This document shows positions 27,564 to 39,370 of a stretch of 64,000 nt of DNA, one piece after another. The notes under the pieces are model-generated. The model searched no databases, was not told where the DNA came from, and saw only the letters and a list, made by a program, of their open reading frames with translations. Both the position numbers and the translations under genes were made by a program. The stretch lies in contig CM120648.1 in NCBI GenBank assembly GCA_051362555.1, positions 2,209,721 to 2,273,720 of the forward strand. The letters run 5' to 3'. This DNA comes from Lingula anatina (lineage: Eukaryota > Animalia > Brachiopoda). Numbering within the stretch: the first letter of the stretch is position 1; each line of letters opens with the position of its first letter.

Positions 27564-28522
27564 TAAACAAGACAGCACTGTTCTGAAATGTTTTCCCCCC
27601 CATTTTTAACAATTTTTAACATAAAACAAAATTAACAGTTTACTGCCATTTTTATATGATCAACTAAGAAAATTGATGTAATGAGAAAAATATCAATAGA
27701 GCAGTGTTAAATGTCCAATTTCTTCCATTCTGAGATTCTGAACATAGTGAATGATTGAATCTGACAAATTGCAATGATATGAGTTTATTTCCATTTTTGA
27801 AACTTTATTACACAATACACGATAACATGTTTACCATCATTTTTACAAAATCAACTAACAATGTTGTAAAGATGCAGGAAATGTCAAACTAACACTTTCA
27901 CGTATCTTATTAGTTTAAAAATGAGACTGTTAACATGCCTAAAAATTGAATCTGAGGAAATGTGAAAAAACAGCATACCTTCTAAAATAATGGCACGATT
28001 ATGCTGATTTACGAACTCAACCTGCATTTTAGTAAAATTGACCACTCCTGTGACTTTCATGACTATTGGCCCATCTGTTTTTCTTATATTGTGTTTACAG
28101 TGTTGCATATATGCTGAAAAAGGTAAAAAACAGCATAACTAGTAAAATAGTGGCCCGATCATGCCGATTTTCGAACTTGACCTGCGTTTTAGTAACATTG
28201 ATTACTCCTGTGAGTTTCATGACAACAGGTCTATCGGTTTTCCTTGAAATGTGTTAACAGTGTTGCATATATGCTAAAAAGTGAAAAAACAGCATAAATC
28301 CTACAATAATGGCCCGATCATGCTGATTTTCGAACTTGACCTGCGTTTTATGAATATTAGTCAGCTCTGTAAATATAAAGCCAAAAATTAAAACTGTCTT
28401 CCACTTATGGTGTTAACGCTGAAAGTGCACGGCGACGGCGACGGCGACATGATCGGCGACGGCGACGACAGACGCAGGTGATGGCAATATGTACAGACAC
28501 ATCTGTGTCTGTACATAATAAA
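27564..28522 (+). mobile_element. Non-autonomous Helentron/HINE-like element with internal ~160-bp tandem repeats
   Basis: Starts AAACAAG; 160-bp units (CAGCATA at 27971, 28131, 28290); (GACGGC)n microsatellite at ~28430-28470; terminal 14-bp-stem hairpin at 28488-28517 followed by A-rich sequence. Confidence 0.7.
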
Positions 28523-29802
28523 GACAACCATAATAATGTGGCAAAAACTTTTGATTACTTAGAAAAGCAATATTTTGACTCCTCAAAGAAAGTCTTTGGT
28601 GCACTTTGCACTATTTTAACAAATATAATTGCATTACCCTAGTACAAAAATACCTTCACCCTGGAATGCTACACGCGAAAAGTTAGCCATATTAATAATA
28701 ATACAATGCATGATCTTTTACACACAACGAAAGTGAAGTACATAACATATACAAGAATGAATATCCTGAATGTATATCATTGCAGAAACGATCTTCATTA
28801 TGTTATAAAAGCAGTTTGTGCTATAAAAGTATGAATATCTTGAATATATAATCTTGCATAAAGCATTATTAGTTTACAAATACATTTTATGGCAGTATTT
28901 ACTGTACCATTCATCACTTTACAGTTGTACATCGACAGGAAACTCGAACTGCATTGTGGGGAGGGGAAAGAGCGTGAACTCATGGCGCGAAGGCTCTTGA
29001 ACACAAAATAATGACTACCTGCTGTGTTTCAAGTTGCAGAAATGATAGAAGGTATCGAGAAAGGTAATTTCCCGCTAATTTTACAATCATGGACCAGAGT
29101 GTGCGATCGTCGAGGTTATTCCCCATTATTCGGATACTCGCTGTTTTTGTTTTGCTCTATTTTTTCCCACAATGCAATTCTCACGCATGCGCGCAGCGAT
29201 TTTGTAAGTATCTGTAAAGTGGTGAATAGCAATGCAGAAGAGAAAAGCTATTTAAAACACTAACTGGTCTTTCAGTTATGTGTAAACCTTTGGTGTATTG
29301 CTTTTCATTTTACAACATGTTTAAGTACCAAACTTGAACAAGCACTCTAAGGTATTTATACGCATTAGATCCTTTGTGAAGAAAAAAGCATGTTCTTAAA
29401 GACTACCATTTGGCATATATGGTGGTACATGACAGAGTTTGTCAGCATGACTCCCGTTTCCAAAATTAATCAAAGTTATCGTTTTAAAAGAACTGCCCTC
29501 AGCAGGTAAAAGTGAACACTGTTCCCACAATTGTAGTAAAGATTGCCACAATTGTTGTAAAGATTGAATGAGCATTTTCATGTGATCAATTTGTTTTCAA
29601 CTGAACCAGAGGACCAACTGAGCTTTTTTGACGGGAGCTGAATAAATCTTTTTATGTGTGTAATGCTTTGGTTATTTACAATTCAATTATATTTACACTA
29701 CCCTGCTCTCTGCCATTTATGACCGTTGAAAATGTTTTATCTTCTTTTTCTCAGATTGATGGCATAAGCACTGACATGCTGCACTGAAAACTGTCTGATA
29801 TG

Positions 29803-31706
29803 TTAGACACTGACTGGTTTTTTGACGGTGATGTCAGCCTCACTTCCATCCTTGGGAACAGATGCCTTGAAAGAGACGCTGTTCTCCCGCATCTTCTCAT
29901 AGGCAGGCTGCTTGGTCATGGCTGCAACAATCATGTTGTACTTGCCTTGTCTCTTCTTGGCTGTTCTACAGCAGCACACCTGGTGGACAAAATTGGAACA
30001 TTCAAGCAATGATGCAATGCATGGATTGCTGCATATATCCAAGGCTGTCAAAACATCACTTAAATTAAATCTGTTTCAATAATTTGATTTAATCATATTA
30101 AAATAAGTAAACTAGTGTGTCCTTAAAAAATATAAATGGAAATTATCTGTGAATATCTTGGACTACGTGTTTTAAATGACATGGTATCTGATCTGAATTC
30201 TATTGAAAAGAAAAGGTCAAGTTTAGTTCTGACTTCTCAGTTACATATTACTATTTCAGAAAGGGGGGAAAAAAGGAAATAAAAATATATGAAATTAAAC
30301 AATTTTTGCCAAATACGTACCGTCACAATCACTAAAATGGCTATGAGAACAGCTCCACCCAGGGTCACTCCAATCAGCCCGTACATGTCAAGGCCAGCAC
30401 ACTCACAGCCAGTACAGTGCTTCAAGGTATCCATCTCACGCCGACCGAATGGGCAATGATTGGCACACATCACCATGGGGCACACATGGCGACGTGGAGT
30501 CTGAAGACATTCACATGTCTGGCAGCCGTTTTCATCTATCTCGTAACCATACTTGCACGGCACGCACTTGAACATTGGGCACTCGGTGCAGGGCGTGCAT
30601 TTCTTACAGCCGTACTCGTCGGTGGTGTACCCGCAGCTGTCTGCGCACAGCTCGACGGGGCAGTTGCTTTGGGGCGTGCTGCGACAGTCGCATGTCATGC
30701 ACCCGCGTGCATCCAGTGCGTACCCGTACTCGCAGCGAGTTGCACACATTGGCATGGCGCATGCTACAATAAATGTAGAGAATGATATTATCTGAAACTC
30801 CCTCACACTTGTATGCTAACAGCAGCTTCACACAATCTGGTGATAAATTATTCTTATAATAAATTATGAACTTTGTTTGAATGTACATTGCCATCCTTTT
30901 AATTATAAATAATCAACTTTGTTTGAATTAACGTTGGTCCATACTGAAAATAACAAATCATCAACTTTGTCAGAATAACATAAGTCCAGCCTTTAAATCA
31001 TGAATGATCATCTCTCATTCAATTAACCTAGGTTCGTATATTTTACTTATGTGTTATCCAAGGTTTAAAAAAAAAAAAAAAAAACTCACGCATCTCAGGC
31101 TCAGGTAGACAGGTCCACATTAAGGGACACGGTGCCCTGATACACTGAACCTGCTGTTGTTGACATGTCTGGCCTTTGGGGCAGCCCTCGGGACAGTGGT
31201 CGGCAGGTTCAGGCTCTGGAACTACAGAGGGCAGCACAGAGTTATATCACTGGAACTATAGGTGTCAGCACTGAGTCACATCTGTATCTGTAGGTGTCAG
31301 CACCATCTTACATCTAATATTACCATAAATGTCAACACTGAGTTATGTGTTACATCCAGAAGTTTAGAGAATGACTTGCACAACACCCCAATGACATTAA
31401 AGGTGACTGAAAAGCCCACAATGTATGAATGACTGAACTTATTATGGCAGTAGTGTTAGTGGTAGTTGTAGTAATAGAGGTGGTAGTGGTATTGGTGGTA
31501 GAAGTAGTAGCAGAAGAGTAGTAGTAGTTGGGGCAGTGTTGGTGGTATAGGTAAAAGTAGAAGCTGTGGTGGTGGTGGTGGTGGCAGAAGTAGTAGTAGT
31601 GGTGGTAGTAGTGGAGAAGTGGTAGCAACAGAAGTAGTTGTAGTGGCAGAAGTAGTAGTAGTGGTAGTAGTAGTAGTGGTAGCCATAGAAGTAGTGGTGG
31701 TAGTAT

Positions 31707-31744
<38 letters not shown>

Positions 31745-34486
31745 AAAGTATTAGTGGTGGTGATAGTAGTAGAAATCACAACAGCATCAAGTGTCATCAT
31801 TTCCACACCTAAATGCACACCTGGGCAGTCCTTCAGCTCCTTACACACGCCATCGTGGAAAATAGGTTTGCTGCTTGGGCACTGGCATCGCGCAGCACAC
31901 ATCCTGTTACAAATGGGATTTGGTTCATCGCACGTCGCGGTGCAACTCATTCCACACTCGAACCACTCTTGACCCCCAGTACACACTAAAGTTAAAGAGC
32001 ACGAACAGGTGCGAATTAAAATAAAGGAAGCACATATGAAGACAGAAGGAAGAATAAAAACATAAGTGATGAGATGGTATGAAAGGTACAACATGTTAAC
32101 ATAAACTTCAACACCACATTACACAACACTTATTAAATAAAGAATTGTACTTCAAAGCAATATCAACATCTAAAGCATTAAAGTGCATAAATGCAGACTC
32201 AAGCATATATAAAGCTCATACTGCCAAGAGTATGGAAAAAAAGATTCTAACACATAAAAGTAACTTAAAGTAAAAAAAAAATAAATAAAATAACTCTTAT
32301 TTCTGCATAACATTTCAGAGAGCCAAGTTTCCACATCTTTGAAACAAAAAAGACCAACACCAATAAAAGAGAAGCCTTAATGGGCATTCCAAGGCGTACC
32401 TGATGTACTGCACTCTGCCAGGTCCACACACTGTTCTTTCTTCTCGTGCCACACCTGACCGTTGGGACACTCGCATTTCGGCGCACACATCTCTATGCAC
32501 ATCGGGCTGGGTTCAGAGCATGTCCGTGTGCAGGGAGATCCACATTCTTTCCACACCATGCCTCCAACACAAGCTGTGACAATGCAACAATATGTTGTTT
32601 ATATTGAAATTGAGTCCTAACAGAGTGGTATCAAAATTTTATCTTGATAAAGCCAAAAGGTTAGAGTTAAAAGTTTATGAACTACCAGAATGCTTAAGGC
32701 ATTTGTAGAAAAAAATAAAAGCTCTGATAAAATGAAAATTAAAGCTGAAAATTTCAACAATTACCTGGCACTGAAAATGCCACAATTTTTTAAAATATTC
32801 TTTTTTTCTACTCTGACAGAGGATAAACTGGTTAAGTGGCACATATCAAATCGTTAAATCAAAAAGAACTTGGACAAGGCATAATTACTTTTGTCCACAC
32901 TGGCGACAGTGGTCGTTTTCTCACTCTGACACTCGCACATTGGACAGCCATTGCTGTCTCTCTTCAGGCTGCTTCCGTCGCAGCCCAGATCTTGCTGACA
33001 GCGGATGTCAGGGCAGTCGTAGTTGTCAACTGTCACTATGGCTGTAATGGGAGGACCAAAATTAATGACTATGAAATACACATGCAATGTGTTACTTTTT
33101 GATACATATACATACAATATGATACTAATAGATACAATGTGATACTAATAGATACAATGTGATACTACCAGATACAATGTGATATATTGCCAGTGTGAAG
33201 CATAAGCTGACATCACATACATAACCTTCAATAGCAGCTGGTTGAGTCTTGTTACCAAAAAAAATAAATTGGTCTCTATTTTAAAACAAAATCAACAAAG
33301 AACTAAATATATTGTGTTAAAACAGAAACGCAATTTTTTAAAACAAAAATTGGTCTTTATCTTAAAACTAAATATTCCCTCTCGTTTTACATGCGGTGGT
33401 CCACTTAAATAAAGTAATGATCAGCATTTTCACAAACCAGGTGCAGCATTTCATGTAAGTGGTCTTTTGTTACTCCACCTAAGGTGAAAGTAATCAAACA
33501 ACTTTGGTCTAAAATTTTAGACCATCTTAAACTGGGCTTAAACTATTCAGTTAAACTAAATAATCACAAAACCGGAGGCTGATGGAGGAGTCACTTACGC
33601 TCCGGGTCTTTACACACGTGGCCACAGCCACTGCTGCAGCACAGCTGTCCATTGGAACAATCAGCGTGATCAGAACACATTTCTGCACATATCCCGACAG
33701 CCATCAGTGGATGCAGGGCAGGACAGCCGCCACCTGAAAGAATGACATTCACAGATTAAAGAGGTACAATGGTTAAAAATGCAATCCTCAAAGCCATGCT
33801 GCTCTATATGAGGATCCAGGGGGTTTACATCCAAAGTCCGTATATATCCAGATGTATTTCATCTCTAGGAATTGTAACAAGTACTACTTTACACATACAC
33901 AAACAGCACCAGATTGCTTTTATTTTGCTTTTCCTACATATATTGATTTCTCTCTAGGTACAATTCAGCCCTTGGACTGGTCAGGTCCCACATACTTAAG
34001 TTTAACACAACGTGCTACAGGGTCCATACACCATGAATCTATCGAAATTAGTCAGTGCACACTAACTCAACAGGGACTCTTGCTGAACTGAATCGATTAA
34101 ACACGAACCCTTTTGTTTCCAAAGTACTCGCATAATCACCAACTACTCTGTATTCTACTCCATGCCAGGAGGCATGATTATCTGTTCATCCGATAACATT
34201 CAGCGAGAGTCTCCCATGGATGTTTGTCCACACAAGTTAGTACCACAGATGATGGGAAGGCACCCTTATCTGACCACCCTGACTTACCTGAACGGCCACA
34301 GAGAGGGGCGCCAGAGTCGGCCGGGATTTCCTCAGGTGGGTTCATACACCTGCACCCTGGGATAGAGTCTCGTAGACAGCATGACATGCCGTTCACTGTG
34401 GCCCGGGGCTTCCACGCACAGTTTGGGGGCTCCTGCGCAGACACAGCCATGCCAATCACGGCAGCAATTACGATACAACTCAACAT
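29803..34486 (-). CDS. Type I membrane Cys-rich multi-domain protease-inhibitor-like protein (signal peptide, Cys module, WAP, antistasin, TIL, TIL, Cys module, ~4 antistasin-like repeats, TM, tail); 8 coding exons (34486-34288, 33733-33599, 33041-32889, 32573-32400, 31985-31821, 31221-31090, 30763-30321, 29979-29803), ~525 aa
   Basis: Signal peptide MLSCIVIAAVIGMAVSA; WAP CP...GICAEMCSDHADCSNGQLCCSSGCGHVC (this exon is missing from the ORF track); TIL ECGSPCTRTC..C..MCAPKCECP; antistasin C...CEYGYALDARGCMTCDC; TM GLIGVTLGGAVLIAILVIVTV. All junctions are phase-consistent. Confidence 0.88.
31445..31785. repeat. Degenerate (TAG/TGG)n trinucleotide tract in an intron
   Basis: Runs of GTA/GTG triplets; reads as Thr-rich on the minus strand but with frameshifts. 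Confidence 0.85.
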
Positions 34487-37400
34487 GGTCGTTGGTGATT
34501 TCTGAAAGGATAGAAATGCATTCTTTTCAATATTTCAGTAGTTTTCAAAGCATGAAGCTGATATTTTTTCCAAGGGTTCCCAGTCTTTTTCTGCAAAAGT
34601 GGAGCTGTTTACTCTTCTAGTCAAACTAACATGAAAAATGACATAGAATCTATATGAAATCTTCATTCAGAGTAAACATTTTTTCCCTTCAACCCTAACT
34701 TTCCACCTATTAGATTTGACTTGAAAAAAAAAATAAACAAAATAAAACCGTCACACAATTCATAACTTTTAAAAACCCAAAAAATTATTTTTATCAGGTT
34801 TTGTTTTGCCACACATAAAGTATTTTAATTCAATATTTGAAAATTTTTTGAAGCAACAACTTTTGCAAAGAAATTAATTTAAATATCTATATAAACAAAT
34901 GAAAAGATATGAAAAACATTTACTGGTATTAATTTTTCCCATAACCTGGATATCCACTGAGTCATTTATAATTCAATCAAAAGCCTGGCTGCCTGAACAA
35001 ATTGCTGTTAGTTAACATGCAGAAGCTTACAATTGGGGTAAAGATGTGTCTTAAAATGAAGACGTCTGGATTAAAATTCACCTTTTTAAAAGATAATAAA
35101 TCCTAATATTTCAATTCTCTGTCAAAGAGAGGTAAGAAAGGATATCATCTGTGTTAAAATTATTATTTTCCATAATAATACCCCAACTGAAGTAAGGAAT
35201 GTGTTGTCGTATATAACCTGGACATTTATAGTATTAACGAGACTACGCCCTAAAATGCTGTCTTAGCTTAGCTACATAATAAAGCCCCTAGATTGTGAAC
35301 ACATACCTTTTAAATCTGAAACCTTTTACATACCTGGGTGAATTATTATGAAGATATGCCTTACAATCTAAAATCTTTTATATGAACTGGGTGGAGTATT
35401 GAGCAGCAAAGTGCCTGGTTACTGCACTGCTGTGATCCCTGACCTGTAGCCTACAAGTTTAAAGGGCGGCCTGGCTGGGGGGGAGGGGGGGGGGCTTTTT
35501 CTGAAGACAATTTGTAACTGCGCCTTCAACTTTTTGTGTCCCTGTATGACTAATGAGTCAAATGTGAACAATAAGTTTTTAATAATAACTTTGAATGGCC
35601 ATTACCATACAAAAAGGGTTTACTAGTACTCAAGTTCCAATACTTTTTTCATCAGCAATGACATCAGAATTTAACCTCATTTACCTACCATTACCTCTCA
35701 TATCAGACAATTTGTCAGGAAAAGGCAACCAGGAAATTAAACAATGATTTATTCTTTTACAATTTGCCCAAGGGGATAAAGGCCACCAGTGGCGGCACCT
35801 ATATCAAGACAGGGCGGTTCCCAGTATGCAAACCAAACAAAGATATGATAATCTTCTACCTAAATCATATATCCATAAATCAGGAAATTAGTCAGAAGAG
35901 ATTTATTTATGGGAATCAGACAGCTGTACAAATATCTGGGCGTTATGAACTGTTAGAACACGGGTCACTTTTTTTTCTGATGATGATTATGAATAGATTT
36001 TCTATTATTTGAAATACAGAAAAGTTGCTGACAAAGAAAACTGCCCTACAAGATACGTAGCTGTCTTAAGCCTATCACAAATCTGTTCTAAGCCTGTCAT
36101 ACAACCTGCAGAGAGAACTGACTGAGACAAGGAAGTCAAACTGATTATATTGTGACTTGTGAATAGTGACAATACAGAATTGCCTTTCTTGACAACAATT
36201 TATTACATCACAGGTCAAGTTGAACAATAAATTAATAAAATCAAGTAACTTGTACACAGGTAAAAAGAAAATTTTCTATGCTTCAAAAATGTTTACATAC
36301 TCATTACATATGCCATGTTTGCCAGCTGACTGATAAAATGTCATCAGAGCAGTCTCTTGTTGATTCAACTCCAAAACATTCCCTGTTTACAATCAGTGTT
36401 TGTAAAAAACAAATACTTATGCACAATGGTGGGTTTCATTTACATGTGAAATCCGGAAGTGAGCAGGTCGCTAAAAGTGCAACTGATAAAACTTCTACAC
36501 TGAGGCATAAGGAATTATTCAGTGTAACTTGAATCCTTTTCGAAGTGCACCTTATGGCCTTAATTCCAAGTTTTTCACCATGTCACGCTGACACAGCAGA
36601 AGACCATGACTAGGTCATTTTTCATGTATTTTATTCCATTCTCACACAGAGTAAAATCTTTGTTCATCTCAGATATATGTTTTGTTACAAGTAAGCAAAC
36701 AGAGGAATCTGTATTTCATTTTCATTATTTTCCTCTGAATTAGGTTGAATTAGTTATATTTAATGTCTTCAACTGCTGTGGTACAATATGTTGTAGTCAC
36801 ATGAGGCAGCTATGAATTAAAATAATATGGTTCATTCGGCAGCATTAGGAATTCAACTTCAGCTGTTCAAGGACTTTTGAGGTTCTAATTCAAGTACTTT
36901 TCAAGGACTTTCTGACTTTAAATGAAGCCAACTTATAATTAATATCATTTATAAGGGTCACTAGGATTGTTTCTTCAACTAACAGCTTAAATTATTTACC
37001 AATATCTTCATGTCACATCACATTCTCTAGGAAAATCCTGGACAAAAACAAATTTTGATTTTTGTCACTGATTGCAGACACTATTGTTGTTTTACCCTGA
37101 TGAGTGATGATGACAGTTTTTTTTTTTTTTTACTGTAGCCACAACAATACCTTCCCATTACTAGTCATTGCCAGTAGTTGGTGCATAATGATCAAACCAG
37201 TTCAACATGGTCATTAACATGACCCTGGGGGCACTGTTCTATAGTGGTGATCTTGTCAACCTAATGGGCAAGTCAGACTAACATGTTTGGCAACAGAAGA
37301 ACATAGCAAAGGTCAGAACATCATGTCTGGGAGCTCTCTTGGATATGATTTTCATTTGACTAATAGCTAAAAGGCTGAATTAGGTTACAAAGATCAGGGT

Positions 37401-38500
37401 TTTTTTTAAACCAGATTAAGGAGAAAATTGGCAAAAACTTAGTTAATATTTGATATATTTCTTGAGCCAAATACTAGTAAGAATACAATGAAAATTTATC
37501 TAAATTTTTCCTCTGCCCATGCGACATTAGCAATTACAGAGATATTTTGTATGTGTATGTGGTAACCCACCTCCTAACCTCTAAATCCATGGGGCAAAAC
37601 TTTATACCAGAGGACATACAGGTTCTTTGTTCAAGTGAATGGGAGAAAAGAATGTGAAACTTTGCCATTAATTGGTGATTTGTGGACTGCCAAATTATTT
37701 CAAAATTGTCATGAAAAAGTCTTTAGGTTCAAGTCTATGAACACATGCATTCCTTGGTCACTGCCCTTTAAAAACAGACAGAAAGAAGACACTGAGGGTG
37801 ACTATGTTTATTACTGTTATTGTTTATCTACCTAAATAGATGAATTTACCTTAGTTCTCAGATGAGAATTCTGACCAAAGTCTGACATGTTACTGCGAGA
37901 TACCGTGCACTTTACAAATTTAAACCTTATCATCCATCATAATCATATTTCATTTGATTCTATTCAAAGCTCTGCAAGAATACTTTCATACTTGACTGTG
38001 TTCTGTTTTTTTTTTTTCAGCTATATGTTGATACACATACTATACAAAAAACAATGTCATAAACATTGCCAACACAGAGAACATGGGAAATACGCTAACA
38101 TCACCCCATTAACAACTGTGGATCACCAACTGTTGCAGAATATTAATGAAAGGTGTGACATGTTCACACCTGTACCGTCACCTTTGTCACCAATCTCCAG
38201 TTATTGTTTGACAAGAACTGAATACACTAAGAGATAATGTACCATCTTGAAGACAGGTATTGTTCCAGGCGTTATGTCTATTTGACCACACCCTGAGTAT
38301 TATAAACAGTAGCTAAATGCTGCTGTACACAGCAATCAGCTTCATAGAAAACAGAGAAAATCATTTAGTGATGCATTTAATTTTGACAGTATAAAGATCT
38401 GTTTAGGCTAAGATTTTCCGCAGTTTAGATTACATAAAATCTAGTTAGGCGTGAGCAATTTAAAAATTAGAGACAAGACGTCTTAACACCGGATTTTTAA

Positions 38501-38837
38501 AGCAATAATAACTCTTCGTTTCGGCCAAAAAATGAATTTTCCTGGAGTAAACAACAATTTTTCCATACTTACCAATGGTTATTGAATCCATTTTTACATT
38601 CAAAGTTAGTCCCTGGTTTTTTTCTAAAAAGTTTGTTTTTTTGTTAAAATCTCTTAAGAGATTTTAACAGAGTATAGACATCAATGGAGGTCACGTGGTC
38701 TAAAGACAAGTTCAAATATCAGAATAAAAGCTATAACTGCTGTTTTTGTGGTAAAACAGAATATATTATATTTCTATGAGTTATTCACAAGGTTTTTATC
38801 GTGAAATATAGGTCTCATACGAAGAGTTATTATCCCT
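38501..38837. mobile_element. Kolobok-like MITE, copy 1 (TTAA TSD)
   Basis: TTAA|AGCAATAATAACTCTTCG ... CGAAGAGTTATTATCCCT|TTAA; a closely similar copy lies at 57119-57464. Confidence 0.8.
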
Positions 38838-39104
38838 TTAAAGACAACAAATAGCATGTCCACACTAGTTTTTTACATACAATGACATATCAGACGACAA
38901 AAACGAACAAAGACGCCCGACTCCGGAGATCAGAAATACCACAAAGTACACTAATTATCCGCTCATAACTTTTCTGCCAGAACTAAAAACATCTAATGCG
39001 AATGTAAATTCAGTTACTAAGACGCAGTCAACTTCACTTTCATCTTATAAGTCTCTGAGTTCTAAATCATGAAAATGGCACCCTCCATTTTGAACTACAA
39101 CCAG

Positions 39105-39370
39105 GACTTACCTCTAGATTTACAGCTTTTCTCTCATCGGATCGTTTTCTTCTATATATAGTTACGTGGTCAACTGGCCTAAGTACTCTAGTTCTGGGGA
39201 CTTCCTGTCTATGTTATTTTCGTGACATGTGAAGCTGTCACGGAAGTTTAACTCGCTGCTTCTCGATTACTCTCTTCACTGAAGGTAAGCAACGCTACTG
39301 CGCATGCGCCATGATGACGTCAATTTTTCAGGTGAAAACAGCGAAATGGCTGTCAACAGATGAGTCATCA
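39105..39370. promoter_or_regulatory. Putative promoter and short 5' non-coding exon of the WAP/antistasin/TIL gene
   Basis: Minus-strand donor AG|GTAAGT at 39112/39111; TATATATA 39153-39160; kB-like GGGGACTTCC 39196; CGGAAGT 39241; TGCGCATGCG ~39299; TGACGTCA ~39315; TGAGTCA 39361. The matching acceptor is at 34502, just upstream of the ATG. Confidence 0.5.

Noticed and set aside
27955-28380. Regularly spaced repeats as a CRISPR array
   Set aside because: Whole units repeat with no unique spacers, and the context is eukaryotic.
35325-35500. Alternative first exon of the inhibitor gene (minus-strand CAG|GTATGT, GC-rich patch)
   Set aside because: Plausible but supported only by a donor-like motif.
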